From the NCBI GenBank assembly GCA_051294375.1, contig CM119263.1:4172161-4236160 (forward strand): 64,000 nt of DNA, given 5' to 3'. The position numbers and the translations under genes were made by a program. This document shows, one piece after another, positions 51,884-63,887 of this stretch. Under the pieces are notes generated by a model, which did no database searches, was not told where the DNA came from, and saw only the letters and a program-made list of their open reading frames with translations. Within the stretch, counting starts at the first letter, position 1. Each line of letters begins with the position of its first letter. This DNA comes from Paraspadella gotoi (Eukaryota; Animalia; Chaetognatha).

Positions 51884-54618
51884 TCAGGCCAAAATGGGTT
51901 CGGTAATGATGTAGCGGTTGTCCTTGATCCTTCCTCCATCGCCTTCGGACACGAAGCGCTTGCGCCCGCGCTCCGGCATCTGCTTGAGCACCTCCTCGCT
52001 GAACACCTCCTTCTTGGAGCAGATGGAGAGGAAGTCTTCCAGTAGGTTGTACGCGTTGGGAACGTCTGTGAGGAATGGTAGAGGGAGAAAGCGTGGGGAT
52101 TAGCGAAAAGAATATAGCAAACGCAGGGATCACCTGCGGAGCCCAGGGAGCATGGCACCTCACTTGCGTTGAGGACCCCGGCCAGAGTCACCTCCTAACA
52201 CTGGAGCATATATATTACTAGTATCATTTCGTTTTGCCAACTAAGCGGGAGGCCGCCGGGTATAAACCCGGAACTCAAGATTCGGATAGCGCGTCAGCCC
52301 GCAAAGCCATCGCGTCTTGTTTGGATATAGTCGGGAATGAAGTGGTTTTGAGTTTCCGCCACAATTTCAGATTTAAGCAACTTTCCGTCGCTCTCAAGAA
52401 AAAACCTCACCCAAGACGATGTCCGTCATGTTGTCGAAGACTCGCTTGGCGCCAAGATTCAATTGGTCCGGCGTGATGACGCAAGACTTGCAGAGACTCT
52501 CCAGCAAGTTGGCCATCTCGTCGGCGGCGCGTTCCGTGGATTCCTCCAGCACCATCACGATGGCTTCGTAGACCAGTTCGTGGTGAAAGTGGGGAACCTC
52601 GAGCTCCTGCAATCATGGGGAGGGGAAAAAATGTTGTAAGAGACGTCAGTGGGAAAAGAACAAGGACGCTTAACATCATAACTCAGTCGCCGAAAATACA
52701 TATACATTTTATTTATAAAGTTTTTTTAAAATTTCATTTAAAAATAGAGAAGCAGAAGAGGAGCAGATGGGCAATACCTTCAGGCATCGAGTGGCTTCGG
52801 GAATGTCGCCAGAGGAGAGATACTCTTTCAGTAGAAGCTGAATCTTCTTAATGAGAAACTTGACCGGGCGCAGCGTGCTAGCCGCCCCCCAGATGTTGTC
52901 CAGCCTCACGATGCCGTGCTTCATGTTCAGCAAAACGTCGGCTTTCTCCAGAGCGGCTCTGGACCGAAAGCGGGGGAAGAGGGAAGGTTACAACGTTAAA
53001 GATGCCTGCGAGGCGAGCTTGGCTGGGACAAAACAAACTCACTCAGCGTGCTTGGCTGACCCATCCTCCGGCAGGTTGCCGATGTGGTCGGCGAGATACT
53101 TCGGAGGCAGACAATCGTCGGCGACGGCGCGGGCGATGAACTGGCCAAGGAGTTCGGGACTCTCGGGCGTGTCCAGGGTGAGATCGTTAAGTTGATCCAG
53201 CAGTTGGTCGAAACCTGGGAGAATAAGTACATAATTATTAAACGACTTGATAATTAAGCTTGAGGGGTATTGCAAGGCGTGAAGAAATAGAGGGAAAAAT
53301 AATGGTATATTTCGCGAAGAGTAGAAACGAGAGAATGTATCGCTAGACAAAATATACTGAGGGGCAGGAGGAGGAAAGAAGAAGAAGAGGAAGAGGAAAA
53401 TTGGACGGCAGGCCAAATCCTCCTCTGCGTCCCCCTTCTTGACCAAGATGTCATGTCCAGGCCCCCAATGGCGTGGCATTACATCGTCATGCTTCCCTCT
53501 GGACTAAAAAACAAAGACACAGAACTAAAAAAGTGAGAGAAGTCAAAAACTAAAACTGTTGGATTTCTATCAAAAGCTATTTAAATGATTAAAAGTTTAT
53601 TTTTAATTTATGTCACAGTCATTGACAAATTATGCCACTGCACCATGACTGATATTGATTTCTTAAAAAAGGGCAATGGTAAAGTCTGAGCCAAAAATGC
53701 AGCAAACTTCTGGCGCAACCATGGTCGTAAGTCTATTTCCATCAGTTTAGGGTAAGTATTTTTGCGTTTTCCAAAAGCTTGTTGCCTTCTTTGGTCTTGA
53801 GGAACCCGTCGATGAGGGGGATATAGATTTTTTCAGCGCAGGTTTGAGGGATCATGTATTCTTTCCAGGGTCCAGTTCTTTCATTTCTTGATTTTGTTTC
53901 TCATTTCTTGACCGGAGACTGATAAGAGCAGGCTTGATTTTTGTGTTGATTCTTGTTTGAGTTGATTCTTGCAAATGAAGTTTCTCCTTGGATTTTTCCA
54001 GCTTGAGTTTTCACATCATTAGCAGAGTCTTTGACAGTTGGTAGGTCGGTCTGCACTTGAGAATCAGTCTTGGCAACATTGGTTTGTGTTGAAACTGAAT
54101 CAGAAATGATATGGCGGTTTGGGTAGTTTTGGAAGAGGAGGTTGAGTAGGGTATTTTAGTCTGAGTTGTATTTATTGCAACTAGCCTTGGGTTTTGAGGT
54201 CTGGTTGAAGCATTGACTTGTAGTTGAATAGGTTTGAGTTGAGGTGGAGACAGTTTGGGTTTTTAAAGGAAGAGGGGACATATGTGTATTCTGCACCAAA
54301 GTAAGTAGATCCATTATATTCTTGTCCAGAATTCGTGGGTTTGCATTATTAGTATGCAATCTTTTTAGAAAAATTCATCAGGTTTTCCAAGATGCCAATA
54401 TATTCTCCTTTGAGGTCATCAGAACTGATTTGATCTTTAAAGTTTATTGCGGCCATTTTTTTGGATTATGTTCAAGATTTAGGGTAGAAAAGGTATTGGT
54501 TTTTCTGGACAGTTATTTTAATTTTTCTTTTTTTTTTTTTTGTCTTTCAAGGGAGCTAAGTTTTTCTTTTTCCTTTTCTTAAGAGGTTAAAGTCCAATCT
54601 TAGCTTTTGCCATTTTTA

Positions 54619-54674
<56 letters not shown>

Positions 54675-56825
54675 AAGAAAAAGAGAGTTGAATCGATCTT
54701 GTTTTTAGTCGCCAGGTTCAAAGTTTGATGTTTAGATTTTTGAAAATTCCAAGTTTCGGTTGACGAAGAGTGAAGAGAAAGGAGAAAGTTATCATGTAAT
54801 TAACATAAAGTAGGGTTTTCTTTCTAAAATTATGCAATTTCTTTGTAGCGATTTTAATAGTTACTTTGTATTGTTTTTGGTTGTTAGTGAAGAAAGATAG
54901 TTTTTTTGATAGAATTTCCACGGTTTTTTTTGCTGAGGGTTTGCACAGGAAACTTAATCCACGGGGAGTAGGGTATCGAGCCGCGAAGAGGGCGTCACTT
55001 GAGGGGTATTGAAGGCGTGAAGAAATAGAGGGAAAAATAATGGTATATTTCGCGAAGAGTAGAAACGAGAGAATGTATCGCTAGACAAAATATACTGAGG
55101 GGCAGGAGGAGGAAAGAAGAGAAGAGGGAAGAGGAAAATTGGACGGCAGGCCAAATCCTCCTCTGTTAAGTAATGGTACGTCATCTACGAGTTGTAGTTA
55201 ATCTTTTTCCAAGAGAATGTTACCTATTTAATTTTAGGAGAAAAGAAATCTTTCCAAAAACTAAAGTCAACTGTTTTTAAAAAGTTCTCCCTTTAATCAT
55301 AAAATATTTCTTTCCGTTTCGATTTAATTTCACCTTACCCTAAGCCCCTCAAACTTACCTAGTGCGATTTGATTCTGGTCGAGAACTCGATCACCGTACA
55401 AATCGGAAATCAGCCTCGAGGTGAGTTCGCACTGCGACGCCTTCCGATCCATCGCCTGAGTCACGGCCATTTTGATCATCAATTCTTTCTTCCAGTCGGA
55501 GCCGAGTTCGGCCAGGTCCTCCAGCACCTGGAAGGAATCGACAGAAAGTGGAGGGGGTTATTTAAAGGATGCCACCGAATGATCCACCTTTCCGTCCGAT
55601 CGAGACCGACCTCTGCCGTGTCGCCGTGTTCGAAGTATTCGCAGATGACTGGTTCCAACAGTCGGTTGATGTCGGTATTGCGACGAACCCGCGTCGACTT
55701 GGCGGCCACGTCCACCGGCTCGAGAACCACGGGACTCTGGAGAGGTAAGGGAGAAGAGATGTAAAAAAGGAAAAAGGGAAGGAAGAAAAAATGAGAAAGA
55801 GGAGAGAGGAAGTGTTTAAGAGAGAGAGACCGATCGTAAGTCGCCTCAGAAGGAAGGAAAGGAAGAAGGAATGAGCGAAAGGAGGAAGGAATTAGGGAAA
55901 GAAAGGAAGTAATGAGGAAAAGGAAAATAAAAAAGGAAGGAATGAGGAAAGGAGAGGAGGAAATAATAAGTAAAGGAAGGAGTTGAGGATGGAAAGGAGA
56001 AAGGATTGAAGGAAAGAAAGGGGAAAGGATTAAAGGAAAGAAAGGCGAAAGCATTGAGGAGAAAGGAAGGAGGAAGCATTGAGTGAAAGAAATAGAGAAG
56101 GAATGAAAAAAAAGATAAAAATGAAGTATAATAGTTGAGGTAGTTTGATTTAAAGGAGGACTGCGTATCAGATTCTTTGTGGATTACAATCAAAAGGGGG
56201 AACGGTTTAATAATTAAAAACAAGAAATCCTAAATCATTAGTTAAGTAGTTAGGTACTCTCCAATAAAATTTGATTAGAATTTTTTGTTTGAGTGTCATT
56301 GCAATCACAGGAAGTATAATTAGAAATAAATATCCCATTATGAGGTTTACTATGAATTGAAAAATGATTTCTTTTCCAAAATATTTCGTCAGGTATTTAA
56401 CATATCATCAGTAAACCTCAAAAGTCTTTAAAGAGATTCCATTTATTATTTGTTTCGAAATTGTCTTAAATAACACAGCATTTAGCTAAAAATTTACCTC
56501 AAATGAAAACTTCTTCTTTTTAATCACTTTTCACACTTACAAGTATTAGACAACTAAGAAAATAATTTGAAATGGTAATAACTCAAACCACATACGCTCG
56601 TTTAAATTTTTATTAGCAATTAATAAAAGTTGTTCAATGATTCGCATGAAAGATTTAATCACCGCAAACGAATAAACTTTTTTTTCATGCACAACAAAGG
56701 GAGTGGGGAGGAACCATTTGGCAAAATTCCCAAACGAAATAAAACTCGAACCTCGTGTTTTTCTTTATCGTCCTTAACTTCGACTGACAAGAGTACCGTG
56801 GGTGTCTGACGAAATACGAGAGAGA

Positions 56826-56867
<42 letters not shown>

Positions 56868-58528
56868 ATCGTTTATTCCTTTCCTCTTTCGCCAATCGAG
56901 GAATATCGAGAAGGCGTCAGTATTGCTCGCTCCGTCTTAAGTAAACAACCGGTCGCGAAATTGGAAACGGTTCTCAAAAGGCCACGAAACTGGGTCACTA
57001 CTTTTTTCTTTCGGATTACAGAGAACTCGAGGGCTGAATACATCCATTATTTCTTAAGAAGGAGGAGGGGGGGGGGCAGCGAAAGAGAGAAAGCCAAGAA
57101 AAAAAAAACTCGAATGCCGATAAAAGTTTTTTTTCTTTCTGAAAATTATAAATAATATAAATACTATTAAATAGTGAATGTTAAATTTTTTCACCTGGCT
57201 ATCGGAGTCGTAGTTGGGGTCGTCCTGCGATGAGGCCATCGTCTCCGCGTACAACTCGGATCCGAGCGCGCCCCAAGTGTGCTTACCGCCGGCACCGCCT
57301 GGAACGAAGCGTGCCAGAGTTGTGAAAAGAATGAAAAGTGTGATGAAAAAAAAAGAATGAAGTCTTCTACCGTTTTTTCTGCCCATTTTCGTTTTTTGGA
57401 AGACTTAGAAGAGACGCCAATATTTTTTTGGAAAAAGAGAGGGTTAAAAAAGTGAACGACAGAGAGGGAGAGAGAAAAAGAAAGAGCAGTCGACAATGGT
57501 CTTTGTCCCGCGCGCGCGCCCCACGCGTTTGAGCGTCGTTCCACCGTGATCGTGAACAAAGAGATTGTCTTGAACACAAATCCGTAACAAAAATCTAGCC
57601 ATCGATAAGTTACCAACTCTTTCAAGCTCAGGGCGGCTAATATGGCTTAGATCTTTGGATGAATTATGAAGAGGGGGACAACAAAATAAGAACTGCGAAA
57701 TTCCATGCGATCCTCATCCCTTTTCCGTCACTTTTTTACTCAAAATAAATATGATTACATCTATTTATCTACTTATTCTCAAGTTATTTCAGTTAGTTTT
57801 TAAGTTATATTTTTAAGCTAAGATAGGGTAATCGATAAATTACAATGCCCACCTTTCTTGGGAAGACCGCGACCTTTGCCGTTCCTCGGCTTGCGGTCGC
57901 ATTTCTGCGCTTTGGATTGTTGTCCATTGTTGTTGACGATCAACTCGGTTTTGGAGGAATCCAACATTCCGTTCACGGGCGCTGCGAGCTGGAACGGGGT
58001 AAGGATACATTTCTAGGTGGTTTTTTTAAAAAAGCAGGGAGTGTGCAATTAATTTGAGTAATATATTGCAATAGGCATAACGTTTATTACTATTAATCTT
58101 TAGATGGTACAAAAATAATGGAAAGTAAAGATTTAGGGTCAATATTCCTAGTAATAGGGTAGTAGTAGGTTAGTAGTACTGTAGTAGTAGGGTAGTATTA
58201 GGGTAGTAGTAGAGTAGTTAGGGAAGGTGGGATGAGCGTAAAAGGGATAAGAGAGGCTATGAAGCCGAATAAGGGTTAAACTTGGAGTCGTTTATTATCT
58301 TGTACTAAGCACGAGAGAAATCAAACGCGTTTAACTTCAGTATTGACATTTTGATCCCAAGTTATCCTCAATAATTTACTTAGCGAGTTAAAACATTCAT
58401 GAGAGAAAGTAACTCACCTTGGAGACGGCCTTGCTCGGTCGTTTCGCTTTGTGCATGACCCGATCGCCGACGTTGGAGTCTTGAAGACCCAATTCGTCCA
58501 TGGCAAGAGTAGATTCGTCTTGCATCAT
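51884..58528 (-). CDS. PDCD4: Programmed cell death protein 4 (two MA3 domains), 458 aa, 9 coding exons
   Basis: Exons (minus strand) 58528-58418, 57988-57853, 57298-57195, 55736-55611, 55527-55359, 53214-53043, 52958-52778, 52606-52411 and 52065-51884 are all GT-AG and in phase, totalling 1377 nt. Motifs: [63 protein letters not shown] and C-terminal [16 protein letters not shown]. Confidence 0.96.
52120..52316 (-). mobile_element. Possible tRNA-derived SINE in the last PDCD4 intron
   Basis: The minus strand shows a degenerate A box (TGGCTTTGCGG) and B box (GGTTTATACCC) at tRNA-like spacing, followed by a GC-rich body. Confidence 0.4.
53259..55165 (-). mobile_element. Small non-autonomous LTR retroelement in PDCD4 intron 5
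   Basis: Near-identical direct repeats at 53259-53427 and 54998-55165 (~168 bp) are flanked by a 5-bp TSD, TTAAG (53254-53258, 55166-55170). On the minus strand a PBS-like TGACGCCC follows the 5' LTR and a PPT (AAGAAGGGGGA) precedes the 3' LTR. Confidence 0.85.
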
Positions 58529-58849
58529 CGTTGAGCCTTTGCAATTGCGACGCTTACAGTTCCAACAACGAAAAGTTTCAAATCGTTCGTCAAACGTGTG
58601 AGATAGAGAGAGGGGGTTTGTTTTTTGCGGAGGGTCTCAAAGCGATAGTAGTTTCGATGAATATATACAATGAGGAGGCTTTCAAAAAATGGTATGTACA
58701 GTTGGACAAACAAGCGTTTGCTGCAAGAGACGGAGGCGTCAGCTTGCAAACTTGCAAACGTAATTGCTTGCAAGTCCCGAAATTTCTCACAAAAAAATCG
58801 AGGTCCTTTCCTATCTAAACATGGATGGTAAATGAATTGCGTCACTCGC

Positions 58850-59035
58850 CGCCACGTCAATTTGACCCCATTACGCCCATTGGTCGAGCGTCGGGCGGAG
58901 CGAGAAATCTCATTGGCCGATGCGGATTCGAGCGTCGTCACGAAGCGAGACTTTAAATGGATTCGTCGAGACGGGAGACGCTGATTGGTCTAGGCGGGCG
59001 AAGACGGAGACGCGAATTGGTCGAGCCCAATCCGG
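58850..59035 (-). promoter_or_regulatory. Putative PDCD4 promoter with clustered CCAAT boxes
   Basis: A CpG-rich patch 320-500 bp upstream of the ATG. CCAAT occurs on the minus strand at 58879, 58912, 58984 and 59016 and on the plus strand at 59027; CCACGTCA lies at ~58852. Confidence 0.6.
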
Positions 59036-59909
59036 GCTTTGCCAACTAGACAAAGAAGGAAGGTTGATGCGCTGGCAGGACAAAAATTGGAAAGACGAAA
59101 AAAAGCAAAAAAAAGTAAAATAAAATTGTATCTGAAAAAGAAAGATTAAAATCTGTCTTTTAATAATGAGTGTAACGGTTGGGTAAAAAATATCAAAGCA
59201 TTAAGGTGTAACCGTTGACAAGTGAAGACGAGTTAAGATACACAAAATATTGCCACCAACTTTTTGGTGGGCTCGTTGACAGGTCACGATAAACTTCAAA
59301 TAAATTTCGTTCGATAAGCTATCAACCCGTCTGGGGAATGTATTGAGTTGTGAAAATTCATTTGTCCAAAACGATTATTTCCCCTGAAAGGATGGGGTTG
59401 GGTGGGTTGAAAATTGACTTGAGGGGTTGAGAGTTCAGCCTTTTTCGTTGGGACGGAAGAGGCTGGCGCTTTGCAGCGACCGTCCGTGGGCTGAAATAGA
59501 CCAGGTGGCGGAATGTTGATTGGTTGAAGAACGAATCCCACGTCTTTGAGACAATTGCCCATTCTAGAGATGAGATGATGCATAACTAGATATTACTACA
59601 GGGTAATTCTTCACAACCAGTAGGAAAACAAATTAAAAATTCAAAGCTATCAAGCTGCTCTCGTCCTTTTCATTAGTCACCGATAATGTAGTTCCGCGAT
59701 ACTTCTTACTCCATATTGGTACCAAAGAGGACACTTGTTCCACAGCGATCTTTGATAAACCATCTTTCCCACTTTTGAGGTGCTCATCATGTACTTCCCT
59801 TACGTCACGGTAAAGCTATCCTTCTTCGTAGCTTGCTTGAAATTCAGCTTGGGCCGGTAACATATCTTTTCATCCGCTTCTAGTATTATCAAATAATTCT
59901 TAAATATTT

Positions 59910-59965
59910 TTAGTTCCACCACGAGTACTCGCGGAACAACTGTCACTTAACGGTCGGTCGGTATA
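59910..59965 (-). mobile_element. Helitron-like 3' end, copy 2
   Basis: The reverse complement reads ACCGACCGACCGTTAAGTGACAGTTGTTCCGCGAGTACTCGTGGTGGAACTAAA, homologous to 45165-45254. Confidence 0.55.
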
Positions 59966-60218
59966 TTTATCCTTTTTTTTACATTTATTTTCTGATCACA
60001 ATCTAAATTCTGTATATTTGTGCAACAGTTTGAAACAAAAACAACTACCCTAAAAACATACTGAATTTTACTGATCTGCTAATTATTAATTAATCTCAAT
60101 ATTTTATGAATTATACTGTATTAAATTTCTAGGTGATCATGTGATTGCCCAAGAATGATACACGAGTACATTAAAGGTTTAATAATACCTTTCCTTTTTA
60201 CCAATTAAATATTATTTT

Positions 60219-60452
60219 AGGGCATCTCACTGTTGGTTTTGGGGGCTTCCGACCCTCAGTGACGCATTCTGACACTGGCGCGGTTAGCCAAGGATGATCT
60301 CGCTTTGCCAAGGCAGAGGGAACTCGTTAGGACTGTGTATGGAACGTAACGCTTGGGATGGTTCGTTCCCCCTCTGAGTCAATGGGATTGGCTGAACATT
60401 AGTGAACAGTGAACAATAGTGGATGTGAGGCAGTGTGAATATACTGCCACAA
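60219..60452 (+). mobile_element. Dispersed GC-rich ~240-bp repeat, diverged copy
   Basis: Reverse-complement homolog of 4465-4705 and 8858-9095, inserted within the minus-strand pseudogene. Confidence 0.6.
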
Positions 60453-60482
60453 TTTAATCATAAGTAAGACAAACTGTTGTAT

Positions 60483-60550
60483 AAACAGACTGATTGACCG
60501 AATAGTGACTAATAATTGTTCCGCGAGTACCTGCGGCGATAAAAACTAAA
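60483..60550 (+). mobile_element. Helitron-like 3' end, copy 3
   Basis: ACAGACTGATTGACCGAATAGTGACT...TTGTTCCGCGAGTACCTGCGGCG...ACTAAA, homologous to 45165-45254. Confidence 0.55.
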
Positions 60551-61256
60551 GCCGCAGTCTTCTTACTTAAGGCAGCGTCATAGCGATGACCTCGATGATG
60601 CCTATCTTGGATACACGCGTTTTATTTTATCCAACTTGTCGTGGAAGAGAAAAAAGGAATTCCTTGACCCCATCTTCGTCGTCGAAGCCAGGGACTATTA
60701 TACTTGCGCCTGGCTGAATCGAAGTAGCTCTTGCGAGCACTCCGTCTACAAAAATGTTGTACATTGTAAAAGGAGCGGAGAGATGCGCCTGTATTCGAAC
60801 CTAAAGGAGTAACACATTAGGAGAGTATCATATGGCAGTTCTTAAAGACCTGATTTTACGCTGGGCACACCTGATAAGGCGTCACGGGCCACCGTTGAGT
60901 CTCAACGTCGCCGTGCGACACCATCTGCGAAATTTCTTCTTCGTAAGAAACCGGCGTCGTCAACGGCGACTCGACGAAGTGACGACCAACGGCGCCCACG
61001 TATTCCGCCAACACAACGCCACCTACGAGGACGAGGGTAGACGGGGGTAGAGAAGTAGGTAATTTTTTTATGGAAATCAAAAGCTTTTATATTAGGTTTA
61101 CTATATTAACTTTATTACAATATTAACTTTATTATAATATCTACTAAATTATTTCGTAATTCTACTGGTATATAATATAATTTGACTTAATCTCACATTA
61201 TCTTATAAGAGTGATGGAGGTTTTAAACAACCAAAGCCTGTCCAAAATCAGGGGCA

Positions 61257-61395
61257 AGATAGTTTATGAAATTGGTACAACCAATATAGAAATTATCCAT
61301 TATTAAGATAGTTTATGAAATTGGTACAACCAATATAGAAATTATCCATTATTAAATGAATGGATAATTTTTATATTGGTTGTACCAATTTCATT
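61257..61395. repeat. 49-bp direct duplication followed by an inverted partial copy
   Basis: AGATAGTTTATGAAATTGGTACAACCAATATAGAAATTATCCATTATTA occurs twice, followed by AATGGATAATTTTTATATTGGTTGTACCAATTTCAT. Confidence 0.85.
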
Positions 61396-63123
61396 ATCAA
61401 CATCGTTATGTCATTTTAAAATTATCTGCGAATGAATTAAACCTTTCGAAAATCAAGTACGCACTTAGTTTTATCCGAAACTGATAACCTTTGGACTCTT
61501 GCTCGAATTAACTTTTAATTTAACAAGACTTGGTGGATATCAACAGATAATTACTGACTTCTGTAGATTTTAGAAATTATCGAAACACGAACACAAGACT
61601 GTGTTGACTGTTATGATATTTAAATGAACTCGTCTTTGCTAACGACATTTTGCCAAAGATATCTGTGTCAAATGATAAATTCTTCTAATTAATAATGAGA
61701 CGATTGGCGACAGTTAAACGCATCCAACTCGTTAGAACATGTTGGACTTGTTTGGTATAAATATTGACTTTGTTAAAAGTAAACAGAAATATTCCCCTTG
61801 ACCGCGGATAAGACTAAGAATTTTTCAGCGTTTTTATTTTAAGTCAAAAATTGTAAACACTCTATTGGGGTTTTCGTTGTAAAGTCCTGACGACCGCTTA
61901 TAATTCGATAAGGCCCGTTCGGTCAGCGGGGTCCGTCATTCAGGAGTAGCCATAGCCGATGAAATTTAAATGCTAATGTATACAGCGTTAAATAATCTAT
62001 CATGACCATAGATTATGGTATTAAAATATTTTTTGTCAAAAATGCTTTCTTCTGAGGGTACTAGCCTAATTAAAAATATTATATTACTATATAGAGCAAA
62101 AAAATTTTTTTTAAATCTTAAAATTTTTTGATGGATTCTGATAGAGCATAAAAAGTTAAACAAGAAATATAATTACAGCTTTTAAAAATTCTTACGTTTT
62201 CTAAGTGAAAATATAAAAAAACTGATAAAATCATCGAAAGATGATGATGATGATGATTTTTTACGGTTTTTTCTTATTTTTGACAAACTTATCGTAAAAA
62301 TATTTAAAAAAGAATTATACTTTGTGTAGACAACTTTTTATGAGCTATCTGAATCTGGTCTTAAAATTAAAAATTTCTAAAAAAAAATTTTGGCCTATCC
62401 TATCTATAAATAAATATTAAAAATTAATTACTAGGGTATAGAGCCATATTAGAAATTTTTTGTCCATTGAAAGTATTCTTAAAAATGTCTAAATATTCGT
62501 TTGGCTTGTACTCACTCTAAATTTTTGACTCACCCCATTGAGTGCGGCTACCCCTATCAGGAGCAATGTTTAATGAATTTTTTAAATTTTTTTATTGATT
62601 GTACCAATTTCTTAAATCAAAATCCGGCAATATTCCACACATATACTCACATAACCCACATTACCCACATTACCCACAGCCATATCGCAACCCGGTGGCG
62701 GTGGGTCTCAAGCTGTGGATCTTTTGTTCATCTCCCGTAATTCTCTTTTCCGACGTCGGGGCGACGGTGGAGGAGTCGAGGACAACGAAGGCTCAATCGG
62801 GGCGAAGAAGGACGAACTTAGACATCGATTCCCACTGTTTACATGGGATTTCGTCGTGATTTCGTCGTGAACGTTTGAACCTTTTTTCACATCGAACTCG
62901 ATGTCATTGTCAGGGTCATCGTTCACTCACGTCAAAATTTCCTTGTGATGACCTCGGAACCATCACCGGTGATGGTCTGAAGAGGAGCCAAAGCATCAAA
63001 ATACTTTTTTTCTTTTTATTCTCAATATTTGGGTAATTTTAAATGATAAAAAGGTTATACATTCAATCTATATACATCATCTTCTAAATATAGAATTAAT
63101 TCTCTTCTTAGCGATAAAAAAAA

Positions 63124-63887
63124 ATGGGCGCTGCAACGGGATCTTTGGAATTTCTACCCGGGATAACCTACATGGCTCTTTACTTGGTTTCCTGCCATGT
63201 CTTGCATTCTAACAATACCAAAACGTCTACCCATTGGAAATTAAATTCCGAGACCAATAAAGTCATGGGTAAGATTGATCATTGGAATCAGTAAATTAGG
63301 ATATTTAAGGTGACGGTCTTTGATTTCGTCAGGATACAACGTCAACGAAGAAGATCCCGTGTTCGAGACTCCGTCTTCAAACGACGGCGATGACGTTCTC
63401 TACATACTTATGAATAAAAACCATCTCACGACTGGTAATAATGAACGTCATCCGAGGTCTTACAAAATACTGTAAAGAAGAATAACATCAACAAACGACA
63501 TATTGTCATATTGAGAAACTCATGAAAACTAGTTGACTAACTTTAAAAACCGTAAAATCAAATTTGAAGATAAAATTTTGTTTATTTAAATCACAGATTA
63601 ATAATCAGGATTTTTCGCTTCTTTGCATTCGTGACATTTGTTCAGCTTTCCTTCAAAATAACACTTCTATCCTCAATCAATAAATGGTTAATAGTAATTA
63701 ATTGTAGTAAAGTTTTAGCTTAATTTTGAAACCTTAAAGGTAACGAAGGCGTTTGGGAAGTGAGAGACGAAAATGCGGATTCAAATTCCTCGCCGCTGCC
63801 GACGGATTTCGATGAGGCTTTCTCGAGCTTCGAAGCGGATCTCATTACGACACAGGAATGCTTCAAGACCATCGAAAAGTCACAATT
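63124..63887 (+). CDS. 5' part (3 coding exons) of a TTC17-like secreted/ER protein; continues beyond the window
   Basis: Exons 63124-63268, 63333-63434 and 63740-63887 are GT-AG, in phase and free of stops: MGAATGSLEFLPGITYMALYLVSCHVLHSNNTKTSTHWKLNSETNKVMGYNV...DDVLYILM...QECFKTIEKSQ. The hydrophobic N-terminus followed by STHW resembles my recollection of the TTC17 N-terminus (ATTHWVVTEDGKI). The family assignment is tentative. Confidence 0.65.

Larger units (their letters stand above)
59296..62926 (-). pseudogene. Multi-exon pseudogene of an unrecognised protein
   Basis: Exon-like segments lie at about 62926-62675, 61022-60871, 60800-~60555, 59879-59681 and 59563-59296, mostly with intact GT/AG sites. 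They read GGVVLAEYVGAVGRHFVESPL...WPVTPYQ/VRIQAHL...IFVDGVLAR...KEFLFSLPRQVG*NKTRVSKIGIIEVI.../...FKQATKKDSFTVT*GKYMMSTSKVG...LHYR/MGNCLKDVGF. In-frame stops fall at 62708-62710, 60627-60629 and 59800-59802, there is an apparent frameshift near 60582, and repeats are inserted at 59910-60550. Confidence 0.65.

Noticed and set aside
62708-62710. Selenocysteine or readthrough TGA in the minus-strand gene
   Set aside because: The same gene also has TAA stops and a frameshift, so pseudogenisation is the simpler explanation; no SECIS was recognised.
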